From Gammaproteobacteria bacterium (GTDB lineage Bacteria > Pseudomonadota > Gammaproteobacteria > JAABTG01): 64,000 nt of DNA. Below are positions 27,940 through 36,968 of the stretch, piece after piece. The notes beneath the pieces were generated by a model, which made no database searches, was not told the DNA's origin, and was given only the letters and a program-made list of their open reading frames with translations. Within the stretch, counting starts at the first letter, position 1. Each line of letters opens with the position of its first letter. The stretch spans positions 185,633 to 249,632 of the forward strand of contig JAGNLM010000002.1 in NCBI GenBank assembly GCA_017999615.1, in the 5' to 3' direction. Position numbers and translations under genes: made by a program.

Positions 27940-28959
27940 CTAGGCACGGGGCGGGGGCGGCGGGGAGTCCGGCCGGAGCACGCCGCCCAGCTCCTCCTCG
28001 ACGACGTAGCCGGGGCGGGCCTTCACCTCGTCGTAGATGCGGGCCACGTACTCGCCGAGGATGCCGAGGCTGATCATGACCGAGCTGCCGATGAGGAGCA
28101 GCGTGATCTCGACGGTCGCGTAGCCCGAGACCGCGGTCCCCGTGAACCAGGACCACAGCGTCTCGGCCATCAGGAGCCCCGCGAACACCAGGGTGGCAAA
28201 CCCGAGGAAGGTCACCAGGCGCAGCGGCAGGCTGGTGAACGACACGATGCCGGTCGCGGCCAGGTCGATCAGCCGCGTCGAGGACCAGGCGCTGCTGCCC
28301 TTCTCCCGCGGCGGTACGTCGAAGACCACGCTCTCCTGGCGGAAGCCGACCCAGCGGGTCAGCGCCCGGTAGAAGCGCTTGCGCTCCGGGAGCTCGCGCA
28401 CGACGACGTCGGCCGCCACCCGGTCCAGCAGCGTGAAATCGGAGGCACGCCGCATCTCGATCCCGGCGAGGTAGCGCATCAGGCGGTTGAACGCGGAGGA
28501 GGCGAAGCGGTCCCGGCGCCTCGCGCCGGAGGGCCGGCTCTTGACCCCGTGGACCACCTTCGCCCCGGCCCGCCAGCGGGCGACCATCTCCGGGATGACC
28601 GCCGGGGGGTGCTGCAGGTCGGCGTCCATGGTGATGACGGCGTCGCCCGTCGCGGCCCGCAGGCCGGCGAGCAGCGCCGCCTCCTTGCCGAAGTTCCGGC
28701 TGAGCCGCACCCCGCGCAGGCCCGGGTAGCGCGGCAGGAGCTCCCGCAGCCGCTCGAAGGTGCCGTCGCGGCTGCCGTCGTCCACGAGGATGACCTCGTG
28801 CTCGAGACCGCCGCACGCGCCGAGGGCCGCGTACACCGCGGCGAAGAGCGCCTCGAGGCCCTCCCGCTCGTCCTTGGCCGGAATGACCACGCTCAGGCGC
28901 CGGCGTCCCCCCTCCGGCGCGCCGGGGACCGGGGACACGGCAGACGACGACTCGCTCAT
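27940..28959 (-). CDS. family 2 glycosyltransferase, polyprenyl-phosphate sugar transferase type (ArnC/GtrB/DPM1-like; possibly HpnI-like)
   Basis: GT-A fold with DDGSRD and DADLQH motifs; two C-terminal TM helices; start at MSESSS. Confidence 0.8.
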   Translation of the reverse strand: MSESSSAVSPVPGAPEGGRRRLSVVIPAKDEREGLEALFAAVYAALGACGGLEHEVILVDDGSRDGTFERLRELLPRYPGLRGVRLSRNFGKEAALLAGLRAATGDAVITMDADLQHPPAVIPEMVARWRAGAKVVHGVKSRPSGARRRDRFASSAFNRLMRYLAGIEMRRASDFTLLDRVAADVVVRELPERKRFYRALTRWVGFRQESVVFDVPPREKGSSAWSSTRLIDLAATGIVSFTSLPLRLVTFLGFATLVFAGLLMAETLWSWFTGTAVSGYATVEITLLLIGSSVMISLGILGEYVARIYDEVKARPGYVVEEELGGVLRPDSPPPPPRA

Positions 28960-29855
28960 GGCATCCTCCCGATGGGGTCTTCCCGGGACTGCCCCGGGCC
29001 GCCTTCCAGGTCCCGGAACCGCACCAGGCGCACGCCCCGGGCCGCGCACAGGGTCCGCAGCCCCGGGCCGGTGAGCAGCTCGCGCTCCTCGTCCCAGCCG
29101 TGGAAGGCGAGCAGCGCGGGGTCGCCCACCTCCTCCGGGTCCCGATAGCCGGGGTGGCACATCAGCTCGTAGTCCCGCCCGGGCGCCAGGTGGGCGAGGC
29201 GCGCCTCCAGGGCCTCCCGGGTCAGGCGCCCGCTCACCCCGGCGCCGAGGAGGGTCGGCCCACCACCGGGGCGCGAGCCGCGCTGCAGCAGCGCGAGGGC
29301 CTGCAGGACGGCGTTGCGCGCCAGCGGCCCCGGGGCGAGGCCCCCGGTCCGCCACTCCGGGGTGACGAAGCGCACGTGGGGGATTCCGTATTCCGCGGCG
29401 AGCGCCCCCACCCGGGGCAGGATGCCGGGGAGCATGTGCACGTGCTCGTGGCCGTTCAGGAAGCGCGGGGCGAGCCCGAGGGCGAGGCAGAGCTCGACCT
29501 GGGCCCGGAGCTCCGCCACCACGTCGGCGAGCGGGAACCGCCCCGTCGCCAGGGCCGCAAGGAGGCCGGCCCGCCCGGCGAAACGCCCGCCGCTCGCGCC
29601 GAGGCGCCTGCGCAGGCCCGCGGTGAGGGGCTCGCCGAGCGTGAGGTTCAGGTGCACGCCCACGTCGACCCCGGGGCGCTCGCGCAGCGCCCCGGCGTAC
29701 TGCGCGAGGGCCGGGCCGTTGGCGAGGACCCCGGTCGCCGTGACCGACCCCGCGTCGAGGGTCTCCAGGATCCCCCGGGTCACCGCGGTGAAATAGCCGT
29801 AGTCGTCGGCGTTGACCACGAGCCGCGGCGGCTGCAAGGGTGCGGCGGGGAGCAT
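28956..29855 (-). CDS. ChbG/HpnK (YdjC) family carbohydrate deacetylase
   Basis: N-terminal VVNADDYG motif and a His pair (HEHVH) typical of YdjC-like deacetylases. Confidence 0.75.
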   Translation of the reverse strand: MLPAAPLQPPRLVVNADDYGYFTAVTRGILETLDAGSVTATGVLANGPALAQYAGALRERPGVDVGVHLNLTLGEPLTAGLRRRLGASGGRFAGRAGLLAALATGRFPLADVVAELRAQVELCLALGLAPRFLNGHEHVHMLPGILPRVGALAAEYGIPHVRFVTPEWRTGGLAPGPLARNAVLQALALLQRGSRPGGGPTLLGAGVSGRLTREALEARLAHLAPGRDYELMCHPGYRDPEEVGDPALLAFHGWDEERELLTGPGLRTLCAARGVRLVRFRDLEGGPGQSREDPIGRMP

Positions 29856-29985
29856 CGGCCCTATCCTAAGGCGGCGGATCGGCGGCGCTCAATACCGGCC
29901 TGCCCCCGCGCGGGTCGCGCCCCCGGGCTTTGCGTTATGATGGCGTCCTGCCGCCGGCCCGCCTGGGGCCGGTGAACCTGGGGGA

Positions 29986-30522
29986 GTGGGGGAGCGGGCC
30001 TTGGACCGACTGATCCGCGTCTTTCTCGAGATGCTCCTGCTGCGCAAGGGACCCCAGGACCTTCCCCTCGCCCCGTTCCTGCTCTACCTGACCCTCGCGC
30101 TCCACGCCCTCTCGGGCTTCGTGCTGGCGCTCGCCTACCAGCCGCCGCTCGCCGCGCTCGCGCTCGGGGTCGCCGACACCGCGCTGCTCGCCCTGCTGAC
30201 CACGTCGCTGCTCTACCTCCAGAGCCGCCAGTCGCGCCTGACGCAGACGCTCTCGGCCCTCGGCGGAACGGGATTCCTCATCGCGGTCCTCGCCATCGTC
30301 CCCACCTGGTGGCTCGCCCACGAGCAGGTCGACAGCGCGGGGGCGACGGCGGGCCTCCCGGCGTTTGCGCTCCTCGGCCTCGTCATCTGGAGCCTGGTGG
30401 TCACCGGGCACATCCTGCGCCGCGCCCTCTCGGCGCCGCTCATCGTCGGGGTGCTGATCGCCATCGTCTTCTACTGGGTCGCCGTCAGCGTCCAGGACGC
30501 CCTGTTCCCCCTCGCCGAGTAG
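29986..30522 (+). CDS. hypothetical membrane protein (about 5 TM helices)
   Basis: Hydrophobicity only. Confidence 0.45.
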   Translation: MGERALDRLIRVFLEMLLLRKGPQDLPLAPFLLYLTLALHALSGFVLALAYQPPLAALALGVADTALLALLTTSLLYLQSRQSRLTQTLSALGGTGFLIAVLAIVPTWWLAHEQVDSAGATAGLPAFALLGLVIWSLVVTGHILRRALSAPLIVGVLIAIVFYWVAVSVQDALFPLAE

Positions 30523-30526
30523 CCGG

Positions 30527-31888
30527 GTGCACCTCCACATCCTGGGGATCTGCGGGACCTTCATGGGCGGCGTCGCGCTCCTCGCCCGCGCGCGCGGCCA
30601 CCGGGTAACCGGCTCGGACGCCAACGTGTACCCCCCCATGAGCGACCAGCTCGCCGCCGCGGGCATCGCGCTCACGGAGGGCTGGGACCCCGCGGCGCTC
30701 ACACCCGCGCCGGACGTGGTCGTGGTGGGCAACGCGCTCTCCCGGGGCAACCCCATGGTGGAGCACGTGCTCGACCAGGGCCTGCCCTACACCTCCGGCC
30801 CCCAGTGGCTCGCCGAGCAGGTCCTGCGCGAGCGCTGGGTGCTCGCCGTCGCCGGCACCCACGGCAAGACCACCACCAGCAGCATGCTCGCGCGGATCCT
30901 GGACGAGGCGGGGCTCGACCCCGGCTTCCTCATCGGGGGCGTGCCGGTCGACTTCGGGGTCTCGGCGCGCCTCGGTGGCGGGCGCTGCTTCGTGGTGGAG
31001 GCGGACGAGTACGACACCGCCTTTTTCGACAAGCGGTCCAAGTTCGTGCACTACCACCCGCGGACCGCGGTCCTGAACAACCTCGAGTACGATCACGCGG
31101 ACATCTTCCCGGATCTCGCCGCGATCGAGCGCCAGTTCCACCACCTCGTGCGGACCGTTCCGGGCACCGGGCGGATCATCCGCCCCGCCGGCGACGCCGC
31201 CCTCGACCGGGTGCTCGCCATGGGCTGCTGGACCGCGGTCGAGGAGACCGGCACCCCGCAGGGCTGGGAGGCGCACCTCCTGGACCCGGATGGCAGCCGG
31301 TTCGAGGTCCTCTGGGCCGGACAGCCAGTCGGGCGGGTGGCGTGGGACCTCCTCGGGGACCACAACGTCGCGAACGCGCTGTCGGCCATCGCCGCGGCCC
31401 GCCACGCCGGGGTGGACCCCGCGCGCGCCTGCGCCGCGCTCGCGGGCTTCCGCAACGTGCGCCGTCGGCTCGAGGCCCGGGGCCGGGTGAACGGCGTCAC
31501 CGTCTACGACGACTTCGCCCACCACCCCACGGCCATCCGGACCACACTCGAAGGCCTGCGCCGGCACGTGGGCGGCGCGCGGGTCGTCGCCGTCCTCGAG
31601 CCGCGCTCGAACACCATGCGCCTCGGCGTGCACCGCGACCAGCTCGCCCGGGCCCTCGGGGTCGCGGACCTCGTGGTGCTCTACGCCCCAGCGGACCTCG
31701 GCTGGGACGCCGGGGCGGCGATCGCCCCGCTCGGGGAGCGGGGGAGAGTCTTCGGGGATCTGGAGGCCATCGTCCAGCATCTGGTCGAGATCGCGCGTCC
31801 CGGGGACCACCTCGTCGTGATGAGCAACGGCGCCTTCGGGGGCCTGCACGGCAAGCTCCTCGAGGCCCTCGGCAAGAAGGGTCCGTGA
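30527..31888 (+). CDS. mpl: UDP-N-acetylmuramate:L-alanyl-gamma-D-glutamyl-meso-diaminopimelate ligase (murein peptide ligase)
   Basis: MHLHILGICGTFMGG N-terminus and a GTHGKTTTSSM P-loop, essentially as in E. coli Mpl. Confidence 0.9.
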   Translation: MHLHILGICGTFMGGVALLARARGHRVTGSDANVYPPMSDQLAAAGIALTEGWDPAALTPAPDVVVVGNALSRGNPMVEHVLDQGLPYTSGPQWLAEQVLRERWVLAVAGTHGKTTTSSMLARILDEAGLDPGFLIGGVPVDFGVSARLGGGRCFVVEADEYDTAFFDKRSKFVHYHPRTAVLNNLEYDHADIFPDLAAIERQFHHLVRTVPGTGRIIRPAGDAALDRVLAMGCWTAVEETGTPQGWEAHLLDPDGSRFEVLWAGQPVGRVAWDLLGDHNVANALSAIAAARHAGVDPARACAALAGFRNVRRRLEARGRVNGVTVYDDFAHHPTAIRTTLEGLRRHVGGARVVAVLEPRSNTMRLGVHRDQLARALGVADLVVLYAPADLGWDAGAAIAPLGERGRVFGDLEAIVQHLVEIARPGDHLVVMSNGAFGGLHGKLLEALGKKGP

Positions 31889-32559
31889 CCCGGCACCGGC
31901 ACCTCCGGGCCCGCGAGGTCCTCGACCGCCGCCAGCCCGACCTGACGGTGCTGCTCGACAACGTCCACAAGCCCCACAACTTCTCGGCGATCCTGCGGAC
32001 CTGCGACGCGGTGGGGGTGTTCGAGGCGCACGCCGTGTGGCCCTCGGCGCGGCTGCGGCCCCACCAGGGGCGGGCGGCCGGGACCGACCGCTGGGTGTAC
32101 GTGCGCACCCACCCCAGCGTGGAGGCCGCCATCGCCCACCTGAAGGCGAGCGGGCACGCCATCGTCGCGGCGCACCCCGCCGCGGGGGCGACCGACTTCC
32201 GCGCCATCGACTACACGCGCCCCACCGCGCTCCTGCTCGGGGCCGAGCTCCTGGGGGTGAGTGAGGAGGCCCTGGCCCTGGCCGACGCGACCGTCCTCAT
32301 CCCGCTCGCGGGCATGGTCCCGTCGCTCAACGTCTCGGTCGCCGCCGCCGTCCTCCTCTACGAGGCCCAGCGCCAGCGCGCCGCGGCCGGGCTCTACGAC
32401 GCGCCCCGCCTCGACCCCCGCCTGCGCCACGAGACCCTCGTGGAGTGGCTCCAGCCCGACGTGGCCGACTACTGCCGCAGGATGGGCCTGCCGTTCCCCG
32501 AGGTGGAGGAGGACGGCACCATCGCCCAGCAACCGCACCCGCCGCTCCTCCCGGGGTAG
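31885..32559 (+). CDS. trmH: tRNA (guanosine-2'-O)-methyltransferase, SpoU/TrmH family
   Basis: SPOUT motifs (LLDNVHKPHNFSAILRTCDAVGV, LLLGAELLGVS, IPLAGMVPSLNVSVAAAVLLYE); GTG start overlapping the mpl stop (GTGA). Confidence 0.85.
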   Translation: MTRHRHLRAREVLDRRQPDLTVLLDNVHKPHNFSAILRTCDAVGVFEAHAVWPSARLRPHQGRAAGTDRWVYVRTHPSVEAAIAHLKASGHAIVAAHPAAGATDFRAIDYTRPTALLLGAELLGVSEEALALADATVLIPLAGMVPSLNVSVAAAVLLYEAQRQRAAAGLYDAPRLDPRLRHETLVEWLQPDVADYCRRMGLPFPEVEEDGTIAQQPHPPLLPG

Positions 32560-32562
32560 GCG

Positions 32563-33582
32563 CGCGAGCTCGCGCACCGCCCGATAGAACCCCGGAAGGT
32601 CGCCCCCCTGCCGCTCGAGGAGCGCGCGGAAGGCCGGGACCAGCTCGTGATAGGTGGAGATCGCGGCGACGCGGGCGTTGTTCGGGACCTCCGAGCACCA
32701 GCGCCGGTAGCGCGCCCGCTCCCACTCGGTGAGGGCGAGCCGCCCACAGGCCGCGTGCAGCTCCGCGAACACCGCCGCCTTTTCGCGCCGCATGGCCTCG
32801 GGCGGGGCGCCGGAGGCGTAAATCCCCGCGAGCCGCCCCCGCGCGGCGAAGACCTCCCCCAGGAACGCCCGGCGCCGCTCCCGGGACTCATCGAACGCCC
32901 GGACCGCCTCCCCCGCGCCCGCAGCGGCGAGCCAGCGGCGCACCCCCTCCTCCTCCACGGTCACCGCGAAGGCCTCGTTGAAGGCGGTGTCGTCGCGCAC
33001 GTACACCACCTGGTGCGCCAACTCGTGGAAGATGAGCCCCGCGAGCTCGGCGTCCGGCCAGTCCACGACCCCGCTCGGCAGGGGGTCGTCGAACCAGCCG
33101 AGCGTCGAGTAGGCGGCCACGCCGCCGACGTGGACGTCCTGCCCCCCGGCCCGCAGCCCCTCGGCAAAGCGCAGTGCCTCGGCCTCCTCGAAGTAGCCCC
33201 GGTAGGCCACGCAGCCCGCCACGGGGAAACACCAGGACCGGGGCGTCAGGGAGAGCTCGGGGGTGGCGACGACGGCCCAGGCGACGTGGCGCCGGCCGAG
33301 GTCGGCGTACGTGCGGTAGCTGCCGTTGTCGGGCAGGCCGAGGGCCCCGCTCGCGAAGTCCCGCGCCGACGACGCATACTCGAGCCGGGCGCGGAGCCGC
33401 TGCGGGGTCGCCGGGTCGGAGACGAGCCAACCGATGGGCTCGCGTGCGGCCAGGAGAGCACCGTGCCCGGAGACTGAGCCAGCGTAGTAGGAGAGCTCGG
33501 CGCAGCCGCAGGCGAGGAGGCCGAGCAGGGCCACGCCCACGGGCCGGGACCACCCGCGGACGCGGCGGACGGGATGCGCCAA
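32563..33582 (-). CDS. predicted aminopeptidase (DUF2265 family) lipoprotein; 3' end unresolved
   Basis: Lipoprotein signal (LLGLLACGC) and HELAHQ zinc motif. Conserved region ends at about 32563, but the reading frame continues without a stop to 31681, antisense through trmH. Start assigned to TTG 33582 (a candidate immediately upstream of the signal peptide; the ORF tool offers an in-frame alternative at 33744). Confidence 0.45.
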
Positions 33583-33708
33583 CCCATCGGAGCCCACGGG
33601 CGAAGCTTGACCGAACGGGCAGGCGGGGACAACGGCCACCCTGGGCGCAGCTCGGCCGAGCCCCGGGGGAGCCTCGGCACGACGGCCCCCACCTGAGGGA
33701 AATCCCCG

Positions 33709-35658
33709 GTGGGCCGATACGTTTCGAAGGGCAGGACGGACCATGGGAGACCTGACACCGTGAACTGGCTGTGCGGATTCTTCGAGGGCGGGTCGGCGGA
33801 GGCCGCCCGGGGACGGCTCACCGCGATGGCCGCCGAGGCGCCACCGGCGCTCTCAGGCCTCGACTCGATCATCGACGGGGCCAGCGCCGTCACCGGACGC
33901 TGGACCGCGCAGGTCGACGGCGTCCTGGTCGCCCTCTCCGGATGGCCCTATTGGGCCGACGGCGCCCCCGCCGGGGCCCGCGCAGGGGCCACCCCCGGCG
34001 CCGGGGGGACGGTTGCGAGCCCTTCGGACCGCACGGCGCCCGAGGACCCCGCCGTCCGCGCCGCGAGACTCTATCGCCAGGAGGGCCCGCGCCTCCTCGA
34101 GCGCCTGCGCGGCGCCTTCACGCTCGCCGTCTACGACAGCGCCGCGCGCGCGGGGCTCCTCGCCATCGACCGCATCGGCCAGCACCACCTCTACTACGCC
34201 CGGGTCGGCGACGCCCTCGCCTTCGGCTCCTCGGCGGACGCCGTGGTCGCCTTCCCCGGCGTGCCGCGCGCGCTCTCCCACGACGCCCTCTTCCAGTACC
34301 TCTACTTCCACATGATCCCGAGCCCCGGCACCGTGTACGCCGGGGTCACCAAGCTCGAGGGCGCCCACTACCTCGCCTTCCGCCCGGGCTCGGTGGAGGT
34401 CCGGCCCTACTGGCGGCCCACCTTCCTCGAGACCTGGGACCGCCAGGGGCAGACGAGCCTCGACGCCTCGCTGCGGCAGGCCGGCGAGGAGCTGCTGGGG
34501 CACCTGCAGACCGACGTCGCCCGCTACTGCGACCTCCCCGCGGTCGGGGCGTTCCTCAGCGGCGGGCTCGACAGCTCCACCGTCGCCGGCCTCCTCGCCC
34601 GGGTCCGGCCCGGGGCGGCACACACCTATTCGGTCGGCTTCGCCGAAGAGCGCTACAACGAGCTGCCCTACGCGCACATCACCGCGGACTGGTTCCGCAC
34701 CACCCAGCACGACGTCATCGTCTCGCCCGACGACGCGCTCACCGCCATCACCACCGTCGCCGAGCACTGTGACGAGCCCTTCGGCAACTCCTCGGCCCTC
34801 GCCGCCTACTTCTGCGCCCGCGCGGCGCGCGCCGACGGCGTCACCCGCCTCATCGCGGGCGACGGCGGCGACGAGCTCTTCGCCGGCAACGAGCGCTACG
34901 GCAAGCAGATGGTCTTCGAGGCCTACTTCCGGCTGCCGGAGGCGCTGCGCCGGGGCCTCCTCGAGCCGCTGCTCCTCGGCGTCCCGCTCTTCGAGCGCGT
35001 CCCGCTCCTCAAGAAGGGCGTGAGCTACGTGCGCCAGGCCCTGGTCCGGCTTCCGGATCGCTTCGACACCTACAGCTATCTCAACCGCCACCCTCTGGCC
35101 GAGATCTTCCAGCCCGAGTTCCTGGCGAGCGTCGACGTCGAGGCGCCGTCCCGGGCCATGCACGCGCTCTGGGACGCGGTGCCCGGCGCCAGCACGGTGA
35201 ACCGCATGCTCTTCCTCGACTGGAAGAAGACCCTCCAGGACAACGACCTGGTCAAGGTCAACCGCATGTGCGAAGCGGCCGGCGTCGAGGTCGTCTACCC
35301 GATGCTCGACGACGCGGTGGTGGAGCTCTCCTGCCGGGTTCCGAGCCACCTCAAGCTCAAGCCCGGGCGGCTGCGCTACTTCTACAAGGAGGCGATGCGC
35401 GGGTTCCTGCCGCCCGAGACCCTGGCCAAGAAGAAGCACGGCTTCGGGCTGCCCTTCGCGGTCTGGATCACGAGCCACCGCGCGCTGCAGGAGATGGCCT
35501 ACGACAGCGTGCTCGCCCTGCGCAACCGGCCCTACGTCCGCGCCGATTTCCTCGAGCGGGCGATCGATCTGCACCGCAACGACACGCCCGTCTTCTACGG
35601 CGAGCTGCTGTGGATCCTGATGATGCTCGAGCAGTGGCTGCGCTCGCGGGGGCTCTAG
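33709..35658 (+). CDS. asparagine synthetase (glutamine-hydrolysing) family amidotransferase, exosortase/PEP-CTERM-associated type
   Basis: AsnB C-terminal synthetase domain (SGGLDSS PP-loop); N-terminal Ntn-type Cys in LCGFFEGG; start ambiguous (GTG 33709 with GAGGGA SD, GTG 33760 or CTG 33769). Confidence 0.8.
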   Translation: MGRYVSKGRTDHGRPDTVNWLCGFFEGGSAEAARGRLTAMAAEAPPALSGLDSIIDGASAVTGRWTAQVDGVLVALSGWPYWADGAPAGARAGATPGAGGTVASPSDRTAPEDPAVRAARLYRQEGPRLLERLRGAFTLAVYDSAARAGLLAIDRIGQHHLYYARVGDALAFGSSADAVVAFPGVPRALSHDALFQYLYFHMIPSPGTVYAGVTKLEGAHYLAFRPGSVEVRPYWRPTFLETWDRQGQTSLDASLRQAGEELLGHLQTDVARYCDLPAVGAFLSGGLDSSTVAGLLARVRPGAAHTYSVGFAEERYNELPYAHITADWFRTTQHDVIVSPDDALTAITTVAEHCDEPFGNSSALAAYFCARAARADGVTRLIAGDGGDELFAGNERYGKQMVFEAYFRLPEALRRGLLEPLLLGVPLFERVPLLKKGVSYVRQALVRLPDRFDTYSYLNRHPLAEIFQPEFLASVDVEAPSRAMHALWDAVPGASTVNRMLFLDWKKTLQDNDLVKVNRMCEAAGVEVVYPMLDDAVVELSCRVPSHLKLKPGRLRYFYKEAMRGFLPPETLAKKKHGFGLPFAVWITSHRALQEMAYDSVLALRNRPYVRADFLERAIDLHRNDTPVFYGELLWILMMLEQWLRSRGL

Positions 35659-35903
35659 AGGGCGACGCCCCACCCCCGGGCCCACCGCCAGGGCGTGGGG
35701 CCGTGGGGGGGAGGCGCGAGCGGGCGGGCTGGTGTCACGAAATGCCTGACCTTTCACAACACCTGCAGAAAAGCCTCACGCCCCCTGGCGGGGGCGCCGA
35801 CACTCCCCCCTGAGACACCCCCCTCGCGCGCCCGAGCCCGGAGCCAACCGGCCCCCCCCCGGGCGAGCAGGGGAGACCCGATTTCTATCCCCAGGAGTGA
35901 CTC

Positions 35904-36635
35904 GTGGATCACTGGAACCGATATCACTGGAACCGATTGGGTATTACCGCCGCGCTGGCCTGCGCGGTGCTGCTCACCCCCGCCCATGCGGCCACCGCCC
36001 GCCCCGTTCTCGACCCGGGCGTCACCACCCCGGACACCGGTTGCTCGGGCGCGTGCCTCGAGGGCGACGCCCTGAAGGTCGCCACGAGCGGAGTGGTCTG
36101 GGCGGAATTCCTCGGTGGCGACGCGGACTTTTTCGATCGCCTCTACCTGTACGTCGGCGGACAGGTCCAGCGGCCGGTCTTTCCGAACCACCCGAAGCCC
36201 TCGCAGACGGTGGCCCTCGGCCACTTCGACGCCGGCACCGAGATCTTCCTCCGGCTCGACGGGGACGGGACCCGGCACGATTTCCGCACGGGGCCCGTGG
36301 AGACGGAGTCGAGGGGCCAGGGCCGCGGAGACAAGCCTGCAGCGCCGCAGGTCTACGCGACGACCGTCGGCTTCGAGACCTCGCCGGACGGGAGGGGGAA
36401 GGACTTCGACGACTTCCGGGTCCGCCTGACCAATGTCGTCGACCTGGCCACCTTCGCCTCGCTGGACGGTGCCTCCGAGCAGGCCCCGCAGCGGGGGGCG
36501 GCAACCGCAGGGAACACGAACGCGGAGCCATCGCAGTCCGTCCCCGAGCCGGCTGCCCTCACGCTCCTCGCGGCCGGCCTCATCGCCCTGGCCGCCACCC
36601 GCCGGCGTGTCCGGCGTCCCTCACACTTCATGTAA
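35904..36635 (+). CDS. PEP-CTERM sorting-domain secreted protein
   Basis: AGGAG SD 6 nt before GTG; signal peptide; C-terminal VPEPAALTLLAAGLIALAATRRRVRR (PEP motif plus TM plus Arg cluster). Confidence 0.75.
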   Translation: MDHWNRYHWNRLGITAALACAVLLTPAHAATARPVLDPGVTTPDTGCSGACLEGDALKVATSGVVWAEFLGGDADFFDRLYLYVGGQVQRPVFPNHPKPSQTVALGHFDAGTEIFLRLDGDGTRHDFRTGPVETESRGQGRGDKPAAPQVYATTVGFETSPDGRGKDFDDFRVRLTNVVDLATFASLDGASEQAPQRGAATAGNTNAEPSQSVPEPAALTLLAAGLIALAATRRRVRRPSHFM

Positions 36636-36652
36636 TTTCACACGTCACCGGG

Positions 36653-36679
36653 GTAATGTCCCCCGGTGACGGAGGAATC
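36653..36679 (+). terminator. perfect 10-bp-stem hairpin after the PEP-CTERM gene
   Basis: gtcaccgggg-taatgt-ccccggtgac. Confidence 0.4.
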
Positions 36680-36968
36680 CGGAACTGTCCACAATTCCTG
36701 TGGATAACTCTGTGGATCGTCTGTCGGAAAGCCTCTGTGAACCGCGTCACAATTCGCTTCGTTTCAGTTTGATGGATCCGCGACCATTTTCTCTAGAATT
36801 TCTTTTAATTCAGTAAGTTAATTCACAATTCCTGCAGTGTGATCACACGCCTCGCCGCGGCGGCCGCGCGCTTCCTGCGCGCCCGTCGCGGCGATTCCGG
36901 ACTGTGGATGAATCCCAATCCGGGGCTTGACAGTCAAGGCCTCCCCGTGGAGCGGATCGCCCCCCGGC

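Noticed and set aside
36708-36728. TGTGGATAA / TGTGGATCG boxes as a chromosomal replication origin
   Set aside because: Only two boxes, no dnaA or gidA neighbourhood and no AT-rich DUE with 13-mers; kept only as part of the AT-rich-spacer observation.
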